This document shows positions 1 through 7,769 of a DNA stretch of 36,211 bases, piece after piece (the first letter of the stretch is position 1; each line of letters opens with the position of its first letter). Origin of the DNA: Candidatus Nomurabacteria bacterium (lineage in GTDB: Bacteria; Patescibacteriota; Minisyncoccia; Phycocordibacterales; UBA9973); assembly GCA_943354205.1 (NCBI GenBank), contig CALRBJ010000004.1, positions 1 through 36,211 of the forward strand. Reading direction: 5' to 3'. Both the position numbers and the translations under genes were made by a program. A model generated the notes under the pieces. The model was not told the origin of the DNA. It was given only the letters and a program-made list of their open reading frames with translations, and did not search any database.

Positions 1-1827
1 GGACAGCCGAAGATTATCGAGAATATCGAGGGGGCGCGGACGACGCCGTCGATCGTTGCCGTGGCGAAAAATGGCGACCGATTGGTGGGGCTTCTTGCCA
101 AGCGCCAAGGCGTGACGAATCCGGAGAATACGATTTACGGTATCAAGCGCTTCATGGGGCACAAGTTCGACGATCCGGAAGTGCAGAAGGATATGAAGAC
201 GATGTCGTTCAAGATTCAGAAGGGCGCGGACGGCGGAGTGGAAGTGAAAATCGGAAATGAATGGAAGCGACCGGAAGAGATTTCCGCGATGATACTCGGC
301 AAGATCAAGGCCGATGTGGAAGCCAAGCTCGGCGAAAAGATTACCGAAGCCGTCATCACCGTGCCGGCATATTTCAACGATGCGCAGAGAAAGGCGACGA
401 AGGACGCGGGAGCGATCGCCGGACTCGATGTGAAGCGCATCATCAACGAACCAACTGCTGCCGCGCTCGCGTATGGATTTAATTCAAAGAAAAATGAAAA
501 GATAGTGGTGTACGACTTTGGTGGAGGCACCTTCGACGTGTCCGTACTCGAAGTGGGCGATGATGTGATAGAAGTAAAATCTACCGATGGCGACAGCCAC
601 ATGGGCGGTCGCGATATCGACCACAAAATAATCGGTTGGATTGCTGATGAATTCAAGAAGCAGTCCGGCGTGGATGTGCGTGGTGACATGCTCGCTCTTC
701 AGCGTTTAGACGAAGCAGCGGAAAAGGCCAAGATTGAACTCTCTACCGCCGTTGAAACTGAAATAAATATTCCATTCATCACTTCTACTGCCGCCGGCCC
801 GCAACACCTTTTGATTAAAATGACTCGCGCGCAGTTAGAGTCCATCGCCGATGAATTTGTATCTCGTTCTATCGAGATCACTCGTCGCGCGCTCGAGGCC
901 TCGCCATTTAAAATGGGTGAGATAAATGAAATCATCATGGTCGGTGGACAAACTCGCATGCCAAAAATCGTGGAGGAAGTGAAGAAACTTTTCGGTGGCA
1001 AAGCGCCAAACCTCTCTATCAACCCGGACGAAGTCGTCGCCCTAGGGGCAGCCGTGCAAGGCGGTGTGCTTCGCGGAGAAGTGCGCGATGTCTTGCTTCT
1101 TGATGTCATTCCGCTTTCACTCGGTATTGAAACGCTCGGCGGAGTAGCCACAAAACTCATAGATAGAAACACAACTATTCCATCTTCTAAATCACAAGTA
1201 TTTTCTACCGCAGCCGACAATCAAACCAGCGTGGAAATCCACATCACTCAAGGCGAGCGCCCAATGGCCTCGGACAATAAATCGCTCGGACGATTTATCT
1301 TGGATGGTATTCCTCCAGCTCCGCGCGGTATACCACAAGTGGAGGTGACTTTTGATGTCGATGCCAATGGTATTTTAAATGTCACCGCAAAAGATAAAGC
1401 ATCTGGTAAAGCACAGAGCATTCGCATCGAAGCTTCTGGTGGTTTGAAAGATGAAGATATAAAACGCATGCAAGCCGATGCTGAAGCTCATGCCGATGAA
1501 GACAAAATTAAAAAAGAAAATGCCGATGCAAAGAACACGGCCGAGATGATGCTCTTTACCGCCGAGAAATCTTTGAAAGATTTTGGTGATAAGGTTACTC
1601 CAGAAATAAAATCTGGCGTAGAAGCAAAAATGGCCGAGCTTCGCACGGCCAAAGAAGGCACCGATATGGCAGCCATAAAATCAGCCACTGAAGCCCTCTC
1701 GGTAGAAATGCAAAAGATCGGCGAAGCGATGCAAAAGGCCGGAGTACCTCCGACCGAGGCGCCAAACCCAAATGAACCCGAAATAAAAGACGCCGAGGCG
1801 ACCGATGTGCCACCGGAAAATAAATAA
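1..1827 (+). CDS. dnaK: Chaperone DnaK (Hsp70), 5'-truncated by window edge
   Basis: Frame 1 is open from base 1 ([20 protein letters not shown] precedes the track's internal GTG at 61). Hsp70 signatures [37 protein letters not shown] stop at 1825. Confidence 0.97.
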   Translation, partial: GQPKIIENIEGARTTPSIVAVAKNGDRLVGLLAKRQGVTNPENTIYGIKRFMGHKFDDPEVQKDMKTMSFKIQKGADGGVEVKIGNEWKRPEEISAMILGKIKADVEAKLGEKITEAVITVPAYFNDAQRKATKDAGAIAGLDVKRIINEPTAAALAYGFNSKKNEKIVVYDFGGGTFDVSVLEVGDDVIEVKSTDGDSHMGGRDIDHKIIGWIADEFKKQSGVDVRGDMLALQRLDEAAEKAKIELSTAVETEINIPFITSTAAGPQHLLIKMTRAQLESIADEFVSRSIEITRRALEASPFKMGEINEIIMVGGQTRMPKIVEEVKKLFGGKAPNLSINPDEVVALGAAVQGGVLRGEVRDVLLLDVIPLSLGIETLGGVATKLIDRNTTIPSSKSQVFSTAADNQTSVEIHITQGERPMASDNKSLGRFILDGIPPAPRGIPQVEVTFDVDANGILNVTAKDKASGKAQSIRIEASGGLKDEDIKRMQADAEAHADEDKIKKENADAKNTAEMMLFTAEKSLKDFGDKVTPEIKSGVEAKMAELRTAKEGTDMAAIKSATEALSVEMQKIGEAMQKAGVPPTEAPNPNEPEIKDAEATDVPPENK

Positions 1828-1840
1828 AAGTAATTCACAG

Positions 1841-1868
1841 AAAAAATCCCCATCGAGGGGATTTTTTC
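1841..1868 (+). terminator. Rho-independent terminator after dnaK
   Basis: aaaaaatcccc-atcga-ggggatttttt: GC-clamped stem flanked by an A tract and a T tract. Confidence 0.8.
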
Positions 1869-1876
1869 TGTATAAT
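1869..1876 (+). promoter_or_regulatory. -10 element (TGTATAAT) 7 nt upstream of GTG 1884
   Basis: TATAAT at 1871-1876 preceded by TG. No Shine-Dalgarno sequence between it and the start. Confidence 0.4.
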
Positions 1877-1883
1877 TATTTGT

Positions 1884-4800
1884 GTGAAAAAATATATTTT
1901 CCTGTTTTTATTTTTATTCTCCTTTTTTCTGTTTTCAAATCCAAGGGTATTTGCTGATCTCGCCACCGGCCAAATCACCGAAGATACCACGATAGGTCCA
2001 GAAAACAATCCTTACGATTTTATAAATACCGGTGTCCATATTCATCCTGGGGTCACACTCACTGTTTTACCGGGCGTAGAATTTCTCTCTACTGGTTTTT
2101 ACAATGAAGGCACTTTAAATGCGCTTGGCACTGAATCAAGCAGGATCAATTTCAATAATACAAATTTCTTTACCGCATCTCTGTCTACCACAAATATTAG
2201 CTATGCTGATTTTGATGGAGCAGATGCTTGGTTTGCCAATCAGGGCGCGATGAATGTGGACCACACGAATATAAGCAATGTGGACGCCACAGCTTTTTCT
2301 AGTTGGCACTATCCGGCGACCCTAAATTTAAGTTATGTTAATTTTTCAAACATAAATGGCAGTGCGATAGAGATGTTTCAAGGCATACCCCTTGTGATCG
2401 ATCATTCTACTTTTGATACAGGACAGATTGGTATTCTAATCACAGATGGGTCGAGCCTAGACGCTGATCACTTGCTAATAAAAAATCAAACTATTTCTGG
2501 AATAGAGAGCTTGAATGATGCGCAATTGATGCGTATAAAAAATAGTGAAATTACACAAAACAATGTAGGTATTTATGCAAGCGTAAATGAGCAAGTAGAC
2601 ATTTCTGGCAACAGCATACATGGCAATACTATGGGTGCAAAAGTCGATAGTGCGCCAGACTTGGATTTCTCCGGCAATTGGTGGGGAAGCGCTAGCGGGC
2701 CTACGCATGCGAGCAACCCTGGTGGAACTGGCGATGCTATTTCTGACAATATTATTTATTCAAATTTTCTGACCGAAGATCCATTCAACCCAACCCCGCC
2801 TCCTCCGCCAACCAAAGATCCGGTTATTTTGATTCCGGGGATAATGGGCTCGGAACTAAATAAAAATTACGGAGATTTTGGGAATATTTGGGCGAATATT
2901 ATAGATATATTAACCCCTGGTCCTGATAGTTTCTTGAATGATTTATCTTTGAATTTAGACGGAAGTGAAAATTCTAGTTTCCCGATGACTGTCGGTGATA
3001 TTATTCGTCATACTATGGTTGGTTTTATAGATAATCATGTTTTTGATGGCATGATTTCTACACTCGAATTAGGGGGATATATGGAGGGTACAGATCTTTT
3101 TGTATTTCCTTACGATTGGCGTAAAGATAATTCTGAGTCAGCACTTTTATTAAAAAATAAAATAGAACAAGTACTCGCCCAAACTGGTAAAACGAAAGTA
3201 GACATCATCGCGCACAGCATGGGTGGGTTGGTGGCAAAGAAATATATTGCCGACAATGGCGCAAATAGTATAGACCAATTAATTTTCCTCGGTACCCCAC
3301 ACTTGGGTGCGCCGAAAGCATTTAAAGCTCTAATGTATGGAGATGATATGGGAGGAAATCTTTTTGGCAAAATTCATTTTCTAAATCCAAATAGAGTAAA
3401 AATAATTTCTCAAAATATGCCGGCCACATACCAGCTTTTACCAAGCAGAAAATATGTAGACACAAATGGCAATAAATATGTCACAGATTTGGTCACTCAA
3501 TATTTATCTGGATCTGGCAATAATAACTATCTTTTAAATTATGACGACACAAATACATTTATGATCAACCAAGGTAGAAATTCATCCATGATTCCTCTCG
3601 CCGACAATTTTCACGGAAGTATAGATAGTTTAGATTTGTCTGGTGTAAATACTTACAATTTTGCGGGCTGTGGTAGAGAAACTATCGGTAAAATTACGGC
3701 TACAAAAGAAAAAAGTACTACTTCAAATGGAGTTTCGATAAAAGACGATTACAAATTGAGCTACACAAATGGCGACGACACTGTGCCTTTGCTTTCGTCT
3801 GTCGTGAATTATGGTGAAAAATATTATGTAAAAGGTTTTAGCCACGGTTCTCTGCCGTCGGGCACAGGTGTGCCCGATACAGTGCTGGCTATTCTCTCTG
3901 GCGACAGTATTCCAACTTTTTCAAATATAAGCACGAGTATAAACCCATGTTTTGTTTCAGGCAAAGTCGTCAGTGCGCACAGCCCAGTGTCGCTTGATAT
4001 TTATGATAGCCAAAATTACCATACAGGGTTTGATATAAATGGCGATATTGAATACGGCATAGATGGGGTGTCTTATGATGAAATAGAGGGTGTGAAGTAT
4101 GCTTTCTTGCCGGAGGGCGCGGATTATAGGGTGGTCACTCGTGCTACCGATACCGGCGCATACGATTTTTATGTGGAAGAAATCGCCAGTGACGACACAA
4201 AGACAGCCGAGTATTATTGGAATGAAGTACCGCTCGATACTTTGAATGCAAATGCAGAAATAGATATTACAAGTGGCTCGCAAAATTATGAAATAAAAAT
4301 CGATGAGGATGGGGACAGCGTGTTTGAGAAAACCTTGATGCCAAGCTCTAGTCTTTCCGGGGCGCAATCGCTCGACACGATTCCTCCGCAAACAAGTGTG
4401 ACCACATCCGGGCAAACACTAGCGCTAGATTCTACAGACGATAATTCTGGCGTATTAAAAACAGAATATTCTACTGATAATACAAATTGGAATTTATACA
4501 CAAAATCATTTTCCACTGCTGGCACAGTATATTATTTTTCCACCGACAATGCCGGCAATATCGAGGCTATAAAAAGTGTAGATATGCCTACACCACCCTC
4601 AAACCCACCTTCTTCAGGCGGAGGAGGACATGCAGCTATTATTTTTCCACAAAGCCTAGATACTGTTGCATTTATTCCCCATGACAAGGGGGATAAAGGA
4701 GGTTTGATTAATTTGATTCCGAGCCCAGTATTAAAAAATATCGCATTCAACCCTCCAACCCCAAAACCCACTCAACCAAAAATAACAGAACAAAACCCGA

Positions 4801-4925
4801 CCACAAATACATTATCAGCCAACGCTGGAAGTGCTGGTATCCCGATAAAAGCCATAACGATAGTGGTGTCTGTCGGTATAATCGGTTGGGCGATTATTCT
4901 ATATAGGAAATTTTTGCTAAAATAA
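1884..4925 (+). CDS. Large cell-anchored surface protein: signal peptide, parallel beta-helix, LCAT/lipase-type alpha/beta hydrolase, Ig-like region, C-terminal TM anchor
   Basis: Signal peptide MKKYIFLFLFLFSFFLFSNPRVFA. PbH1/NosD-like repeats ending in NWWGSASGP. Pro linker PTPPPPPT. Lipase motifs PVILIPGIMGSEL, YDWR, nucleophile elbow AHSMGG (about 3210-3227), GDDTVP, SHGS. Module DTIPPQTS...DNAGNIE resembles an Ig-like domain. Pro-rich stalk, then helix IVVSVGIIGWAIILY followed by RKFLLK. Confidence 0.85.
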   Translation: MKKYIFLFLFLFSFFLFSNPRVFADLATGQITEDTTIGPENNPYDFINTGVHIHPGVTLTVLPGVEFLSTGFYNEGTLNALGTESSRINFNNTNFFTASLSTTNISYADFDGADAWFANQGAMNVDHTNISNVDATAFSSWHYPATLNLSYVNFSNINGSAIEMFQGIPLVIDHSTFDTGQIGILITDGSSLDADHLLIKNQTISGIESLNDAQLMRIKNSEITQNNVGIYASVNEQVDISGNSIHGNTMGAKVDSAPDLDFSGNWWGSASGPTHASNPGGTGDAISDNIIYSNFLTEDPFNPTPPPPPTKDPVILIPGIMGSELNKNYGDFGNIWANIIDILTPGPDSFLNDLSLNLDGSENSSFPMTVGDIIRHTMVGFIDNHVFDGMISTLELGGYMEGTDLFVFPYDWRKDNSESALLLKNKIEQVLAQTGKTKVDIIAHSMGGLVAKKYIADNGANSIDQLIFLGTPHLGAPKAFKALMYGDDMGGNLFGKIHFLNPNRVKIISQNMPATYQLLPSRKYVDTNGNKYVTDLVTQYLSGSGNNNYLLNYDDTNTFMINQGRNSSMIPLADNFHGSIDSLDLSGVNTYNFAGCGRETIGKITATKEKSTTSNGVSIKDDYKLSYTNGDDTVPLLSSVVNYGEKYYVKGFSHGSLPSGTGVPDTVLAILSGDSIPTFSNISTSINPCFVSGKVVSAHSPVSLDIYDSQNYHTGFDINGDIEYGIDGVSYDEIEGVKYAFLPEGADYRVVTRATDTGAYDFYVEEIASDDTKTAEYYWNEVPLDTLNANAEIDITSGSQNYEIKIDEDGDSVFEKTLMPSSSLSGAQSLDTIPPQTSVTTSGQTLALDSTDDNSGVLKTEYSTDNTNWNLYTKSFSTAGTVYYFSTDNAGNIEAIKSVDMPTPPSNPPSSGGGGHAAIIFPQSLDTVAFIPHDKGDKGGLINLIPSPVLKNIAFNPPTPKPTQPKITEQNPTTNTLSANAGSAGIPIKAITIVVSVGIIGWAIILYRKFLLK

Positions 4926-4929
4926 TAAT

Positions 4930-5250
4930 ATGAATTTCAAATCTACATGGTGGGGAAAAATAATCTTAGTTTTTCTATCTTATGTTGTTTTTTGGTTTAT
5001 TTTTTATGGCGCAATATTTTTAATACCAGAAGATTCTTTCTACCTAAAAAAGAATCCCATTTTAGAACTAGTAATTCCATATATTTTTATTTTTGTTCCC
5101 GTAATAAGTTTTTTTATGGCAAAATTTCTTAAAATATCGTTGAATATAAAATATATGTATATACTTAATATTTTTCTTCTACCTGTCCTAATTTTAGTAA
5201 CTTTTTGGATTGAATTAGGAAGGTCCGTGCATCATTTGTTTAGTTTTTAA
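4930..5250 (+). CDS. Small multi-pass membrane protein, hypothetical
   Basis: 106-aa ORF starting 4 nt after the surface-protein stop. Three to four hydrophobic helices and very AT-rich. No recognisable family. Confidence 0.55.
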   Translation: MNFKSTWWGKIILVFLSYVVFWFIFYGAIFLIPEDSFYLKKNPILELVIPYIFIFVPVISFFMAKFLKISLNIKYMYILNIFLLPVLILVTFWIELGRSVHHLFSF

Positions 5251-5266
5251 ACCTACTTTTTAGGGA

Positions 5267-5275
5267 TGCTATAAT
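5267..5275 (+). promoter_or_regulatory. Extended -10 TGCTATAAT, 9 nt before ATG 5285
   Basis: TGnTATAAT match. The short leader actcctcac has no Shine-Dalgarno sequence. Confidence 0.55.
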
Positions 5276-5284
5276 ACTCCTCAC

Positions 5285-6940
5285 ATGACGCAAAATGAGG
5301 CATTGGACATATTGAAGACCGGAGCGAATGTATTCCTCACGGGCGAGCCGGGGGCGGGGAAAACGCACACTATTCGCGAATATGTGGCCTATTTGCGCGC
5401 TCACGGCATCGAGCCCTCTATCACAGCATCCTCGGGTATTGCCGCCACGCATATTCACGGGCAGACCATTCATTCTTGGGCCGGTATCGGCATAAAAAAT
5501 CATTTGAGCGATTACGATTTGGACGCGATGAGCAGTAAAGAATATTTGGTAAAAAAAATATCTCGCGCGACGGTTTTGATAATCGATGAAATTTCTATGC
5601 TTGGCGCCGGCACTTTGCAAATGGTAGATCAGGTTTGCCGTGCGATAAGGAACAACGACAGCGCATTTGGCGGGCTCCAAGTAGTGCTCGTCGGCGACTT
5701 TTTCCAGCTCCCGCCGATTTCAAGCTACGGTTCCAATTCCGAATTTGCGTATGAAAGCCCAGCTTGGAAATCTTTGTCTTTAATCACCTGCTATATCACC
5801 GAGCAACACCGCCAGGAGGACGGCGATTTACTCGCAGTGCTCTCGGCCATCCGCCGAAACGAAGTAGAAGAAATGCATTTTGAAAAACTGCAGTCGCGTA
5901 TCACTACAAAAGAGGCTAGTCCCGAAGGTATCACGCGTTTGTTTACCAAAAATGTTTCTGTCGATGCGCTCAACGACGAATCTTTAAAAAAAATTGTTGG
6001 CTTGGATTATGAATACGAGATGCAATCACAGGGTAAAGTTTCGATGGTGGAAGCTTTAAAAAAAGGATGCCTTTCGCCGGAAGTTTTGGTTTTAAAAAAA
6101 GATAGCGTGGTCATGTGTACTAAAAACAATATGAATGCTGGGTTTGTAAACGGCACATTGGGCAGGGTTGTCGATTTTCAAAAGGGAACTGATTATCCGA
6201 TCATCCAAACTCGCGACGGTCGCACCCTCACTATCGAACCTATGGAGTGGGTCGTCGAGGAGGACGGCAAAATCCGCGCGCGCATCACCCAAATACCTCT
6301 TCGCTTGGCCTGGGCGATCACCGTGCACAAGAGCCAAGGCATGTCGCTCGACTCCGCCGTCATGGACCTCTCGGACGTATTCGAATATGGGCAGGGCTAT
6401 GTGGCGCTCTCTCGCGTGCGCACTCTCTCGGGCATACATCTTTTTGGCTTAAATCAAAAATCTCTGCAAGTGCATCCCGAGGTAGCCTCGGTCGACGCGC
6501 ATTTTCGCCAAGTTTCCGACAAAGCCATGCATTCGTTCAGAGCTCTTGAAGAAAATGAATTGAAAAATATGCATGCCAATTTTATCCGCGCTTGCGGGGG
6601 TAATTTAGTGCCGGTGAAAAATGTTAAACCCGGTAAAAAAATATCCACCCAAGAAAAAACCTTGGCTCTTTTAGAAGCGGGCTTTACTATTTCAGGCATC
6701 GCCAAGGAGCGCGATCTAAACATCGGCACCATTATCGACCATGTGGATTATTTGGTAAAAAATGGCTCGTTTTCAAAAGAATCAGCGCTCAATCTATGCG
6801 ACCCTCGGCTCAAGCTCTCTTTGCCGATCATAAACAAAGCCTTTGATAAAAAGGGCACTATCGCGCTGGCTCCTGTGTTTTCGCACCTAAAAGGCGTTTA
6901 TTCATACGACGAGCTAAAGCTGGCCCGGGTGTTTTATTAG
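5285..6940 (+). CDS. PIF1/RecD-family ATP-dependent DNA helicase with C-terminal helix-turn-helix
   Basis: Walker A GEPGAGKTH, LIIDEISM, VGDFFQLPP, TVHKSQGMSLD, YVALSRVR. The C-terminal ISTQEKTLALLEAGFTISGIAKERDLNIGTIIDHVDYL resembles the HTH tail common in bacterial PIF1-like helicases. Confidence 0.9.
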   Translation: MTQNEALDILKTGANVFLTGEPGAGKTHTIREYVAYLRAHGIEPSITASSGIAATHIHGQTIHSWAGIGIKNHLSDYDLDAMSSKEYLVKKISRATVLIIDEISMLGAGTLQMVDQVCRAIRNNDSAFGGLQVVLVGDFFQLPPISSYGSNSEFAYESPAWKSLSLITCYITEQHRQEDGDLLAVLSAIRRNEVEEMHFEKLQSRITTKEASPEGITRLFTKNVSVDALNDESLKKIVGLDYEYEMQSQGKVSMVEALKKGCLSPEVLVLKKDSVVMCTKNNMNAGFVNGTLGRVVDFQKGTDYPIIQTRDGRTLTIEPMEWVVEEDGKIRARITQIPLRLAWAITVHKSQGMSLDSAVMDLSDVFEYGQGYVALSRVRTLSGIHLFGLNQKSLQVHPEVASVDAHFRQVSDKAMHSFRALEENELKNMHANFIRACGGNLVPVKNVKPGKKISTQEKTLALLEAGFTISGIAKERDLNIGTIIDHVDYLVKNGSFSKESALNLCDPRLKLSLPIINKAFDKKGTIALAPVFSHLKGVYSYDELKLARVFY

Positions 6941-6969
6941 CGCCCTGCTAGCACCACAGGGCATCTCTG

Positions 6970-6978
6970 TGGTATAAT
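6970..6978 (+). promoter_or_regulatory. Extended -10 TGGTATAAT upstream of the SWIB gene (leader of about 36 nt)
   Basis: Exact TGnTATAAT. Preceded by overlapping hairpins gccctg/cagggc and ccacag/ctgtgg. Confidence 0.5.
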
Positions 6979-7020
6979 GGGCAAATCGCATTTTATTATA
7001 AAGTAACATAACTAAATTAT

Positions 7021-7275
7021 ATGGCGGAAAAAACATCTGCATTTATGAAACCAATGACTTTGAGTCCAGAGCTCGAAGCAGTAGTCGGAAAGGGCCCAAT
7101 GCCTCGCTCCGAAGTAGTGAAGGCTCTTTGGGTATATATAAAGAAGAATAATCTTCAAGACCCAAAGGCAAAGCGCAATATCGATGCCGACGCAAAGCTA
7201 AAGGAAGTATTCGGTGGCAAAGCGCGCGTAGACATGTTTGAAATGACAAAGCTCGTTTCAAAACACCTTTCGTAA
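7021..7275 (+). CDS. SWIB/MDM2-domain protein
   Basis: 84 aa. LSPELEAVVGKGPMPRSEVVKALWVYIKKNNLQDPKAKRNIDADAKLKEVFG matches the SWIB domain pattern. Confidence 0.85.
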   Translation: MAEKTSAFMKPMTLSPELEAVVGKGPMPRSEVVKALWVYIKKNNLQDPKAKRNIDADAKLKEVFGGKARVDMFEMTKLVSKHLS

Positions 7276-7286
7276 TTTTAAATTTT

Positions 7287-7349
7287 ATGGCAAAAGGAAA
7301 CAATAGTCATAGAAAAGAAACAAAGAAGCCGAAAAAGGCGAAAAAATAG
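7287..7349 (+). CDS. Candidate 20-aa lysine-rich micropeptide MAKGNNSHRKETKKPKKAKK
   Basis: ATG 11 nt after the SWIB stop. TAG at 7347, followed directly by the terminator at 7359. No homology evidence. Confidence 0.2.
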   Translation: MAKGNNSHRKETKKPKKAKK

Positions 7350-7358
7350 TTTTTTTAC

Positions 7359-7390
7359 AAAAATCCAGATCGAGTCTGGATTTTTGTTTT
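7359..7390 (+). terminator. Rho-independent terminator
   Basis: aaaaatccaga-tcgag-tctggattttt followed by a T tract. Confidence 0.8.
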
Positions 7391-7484
7391 ATTAGGACAA
7401 AAAGAGCATCTAGGGTAGAATGAGACCCGTATTTAGATACGGAAACATCGTCGAAGTTTCTCCCCCAATAATCATAAAAATCAC

Positions 7485-7691
7485 ATGAACCAAGGAACAA
7501 TCAAGACTTTGATGCAAGATGGAAAGACTTTTGGATTTATTTCTCGCGAAGGCGAGTCCAAAGACCTTTTCTTTCATGCAAACGAGCTTTCAGGTGTTGC
7601 ATACGGAGATTTGAAAGTCGGCGATGCCGTTACTTTTGAAATCGTAGATGGCGAAAAAGGCCCATCAGCTACAAAGGTATCTCGCGCATAG
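7485..7691 (+). CDS. cspA: Cold-shock domain protein (CspA family)
   Basis: GTIKTLMQDGKTFGFISREG (RNP1-like FGFI) and DLFFHANEL (RNP2-like). 68 aa. Candidate -10 TAGAAT at 7416-7421 gives a 5' UTR of about 60 nt with two small hairpins. Confidence 0.93.
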   Translation: MNQGTIKTLMQDGKTFGFISREGESKDLFFHANELSGVAYGDLKVGDAVTFEIVDGEKGPSATKVSRA

Positions 7692-7699
7692 TAGTGCGA

Positions 7700-7732
7700 C
7701 AAAAATCCGCCGTTGTGGCGGATTTTTGTTTT
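7700..7732 (+). terminator. Rho-independent terminator after csp
   Basis: aaaaatccgcc-gttgt-ggcggattttt. Confidence 0.85.
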
Positions 7733-7753
7733 ATAGACTAAACTATAATTTTA

Positions 7754-7762
7754 TGTTAAAAT
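7754..7762 (+). promoter_or_regulatory. Extended -10 TGTTAAAAT, 7 nt before ATG 7770 (leaderless-type)
   Basis: The same 9-mer recurs at 24089(+), 19849(-) and 29390(-), each 6-7 nt from an ATG. Confidence 0.6.
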
Positions 7763-7769
7763 ACTTTGT

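Noticed and set aside
61-63. ORF-track start of dnaK at GTG 61
   Set aside because: The frame is open to base 1, and residues 1-20 ([20 protein letters not shown]) are canonical Hsp70 sequence. The gene simply continues beyond the window edge.
216-1853. Several long minus-strand ORFs (157, 173, 73 and 121 aa) and a 73-aa plus-strand ORF overlapping dnaK
   Set aside because: They are shadow ORFs of a strongly conserved gene. Their composition is low-complexity (Ser/Pro/Ala-rich) and they have no motifs, promoters or start context.
6942-6968. Overlapping hairpins gccctg/cagggc and ccacag/ctgtgg after the helicase gene, as a terminator or attenuator
   Set aside because: The stems are short (6 bp) with no T tract, and they overlap the SWIB promoter region. 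They could be incidental.
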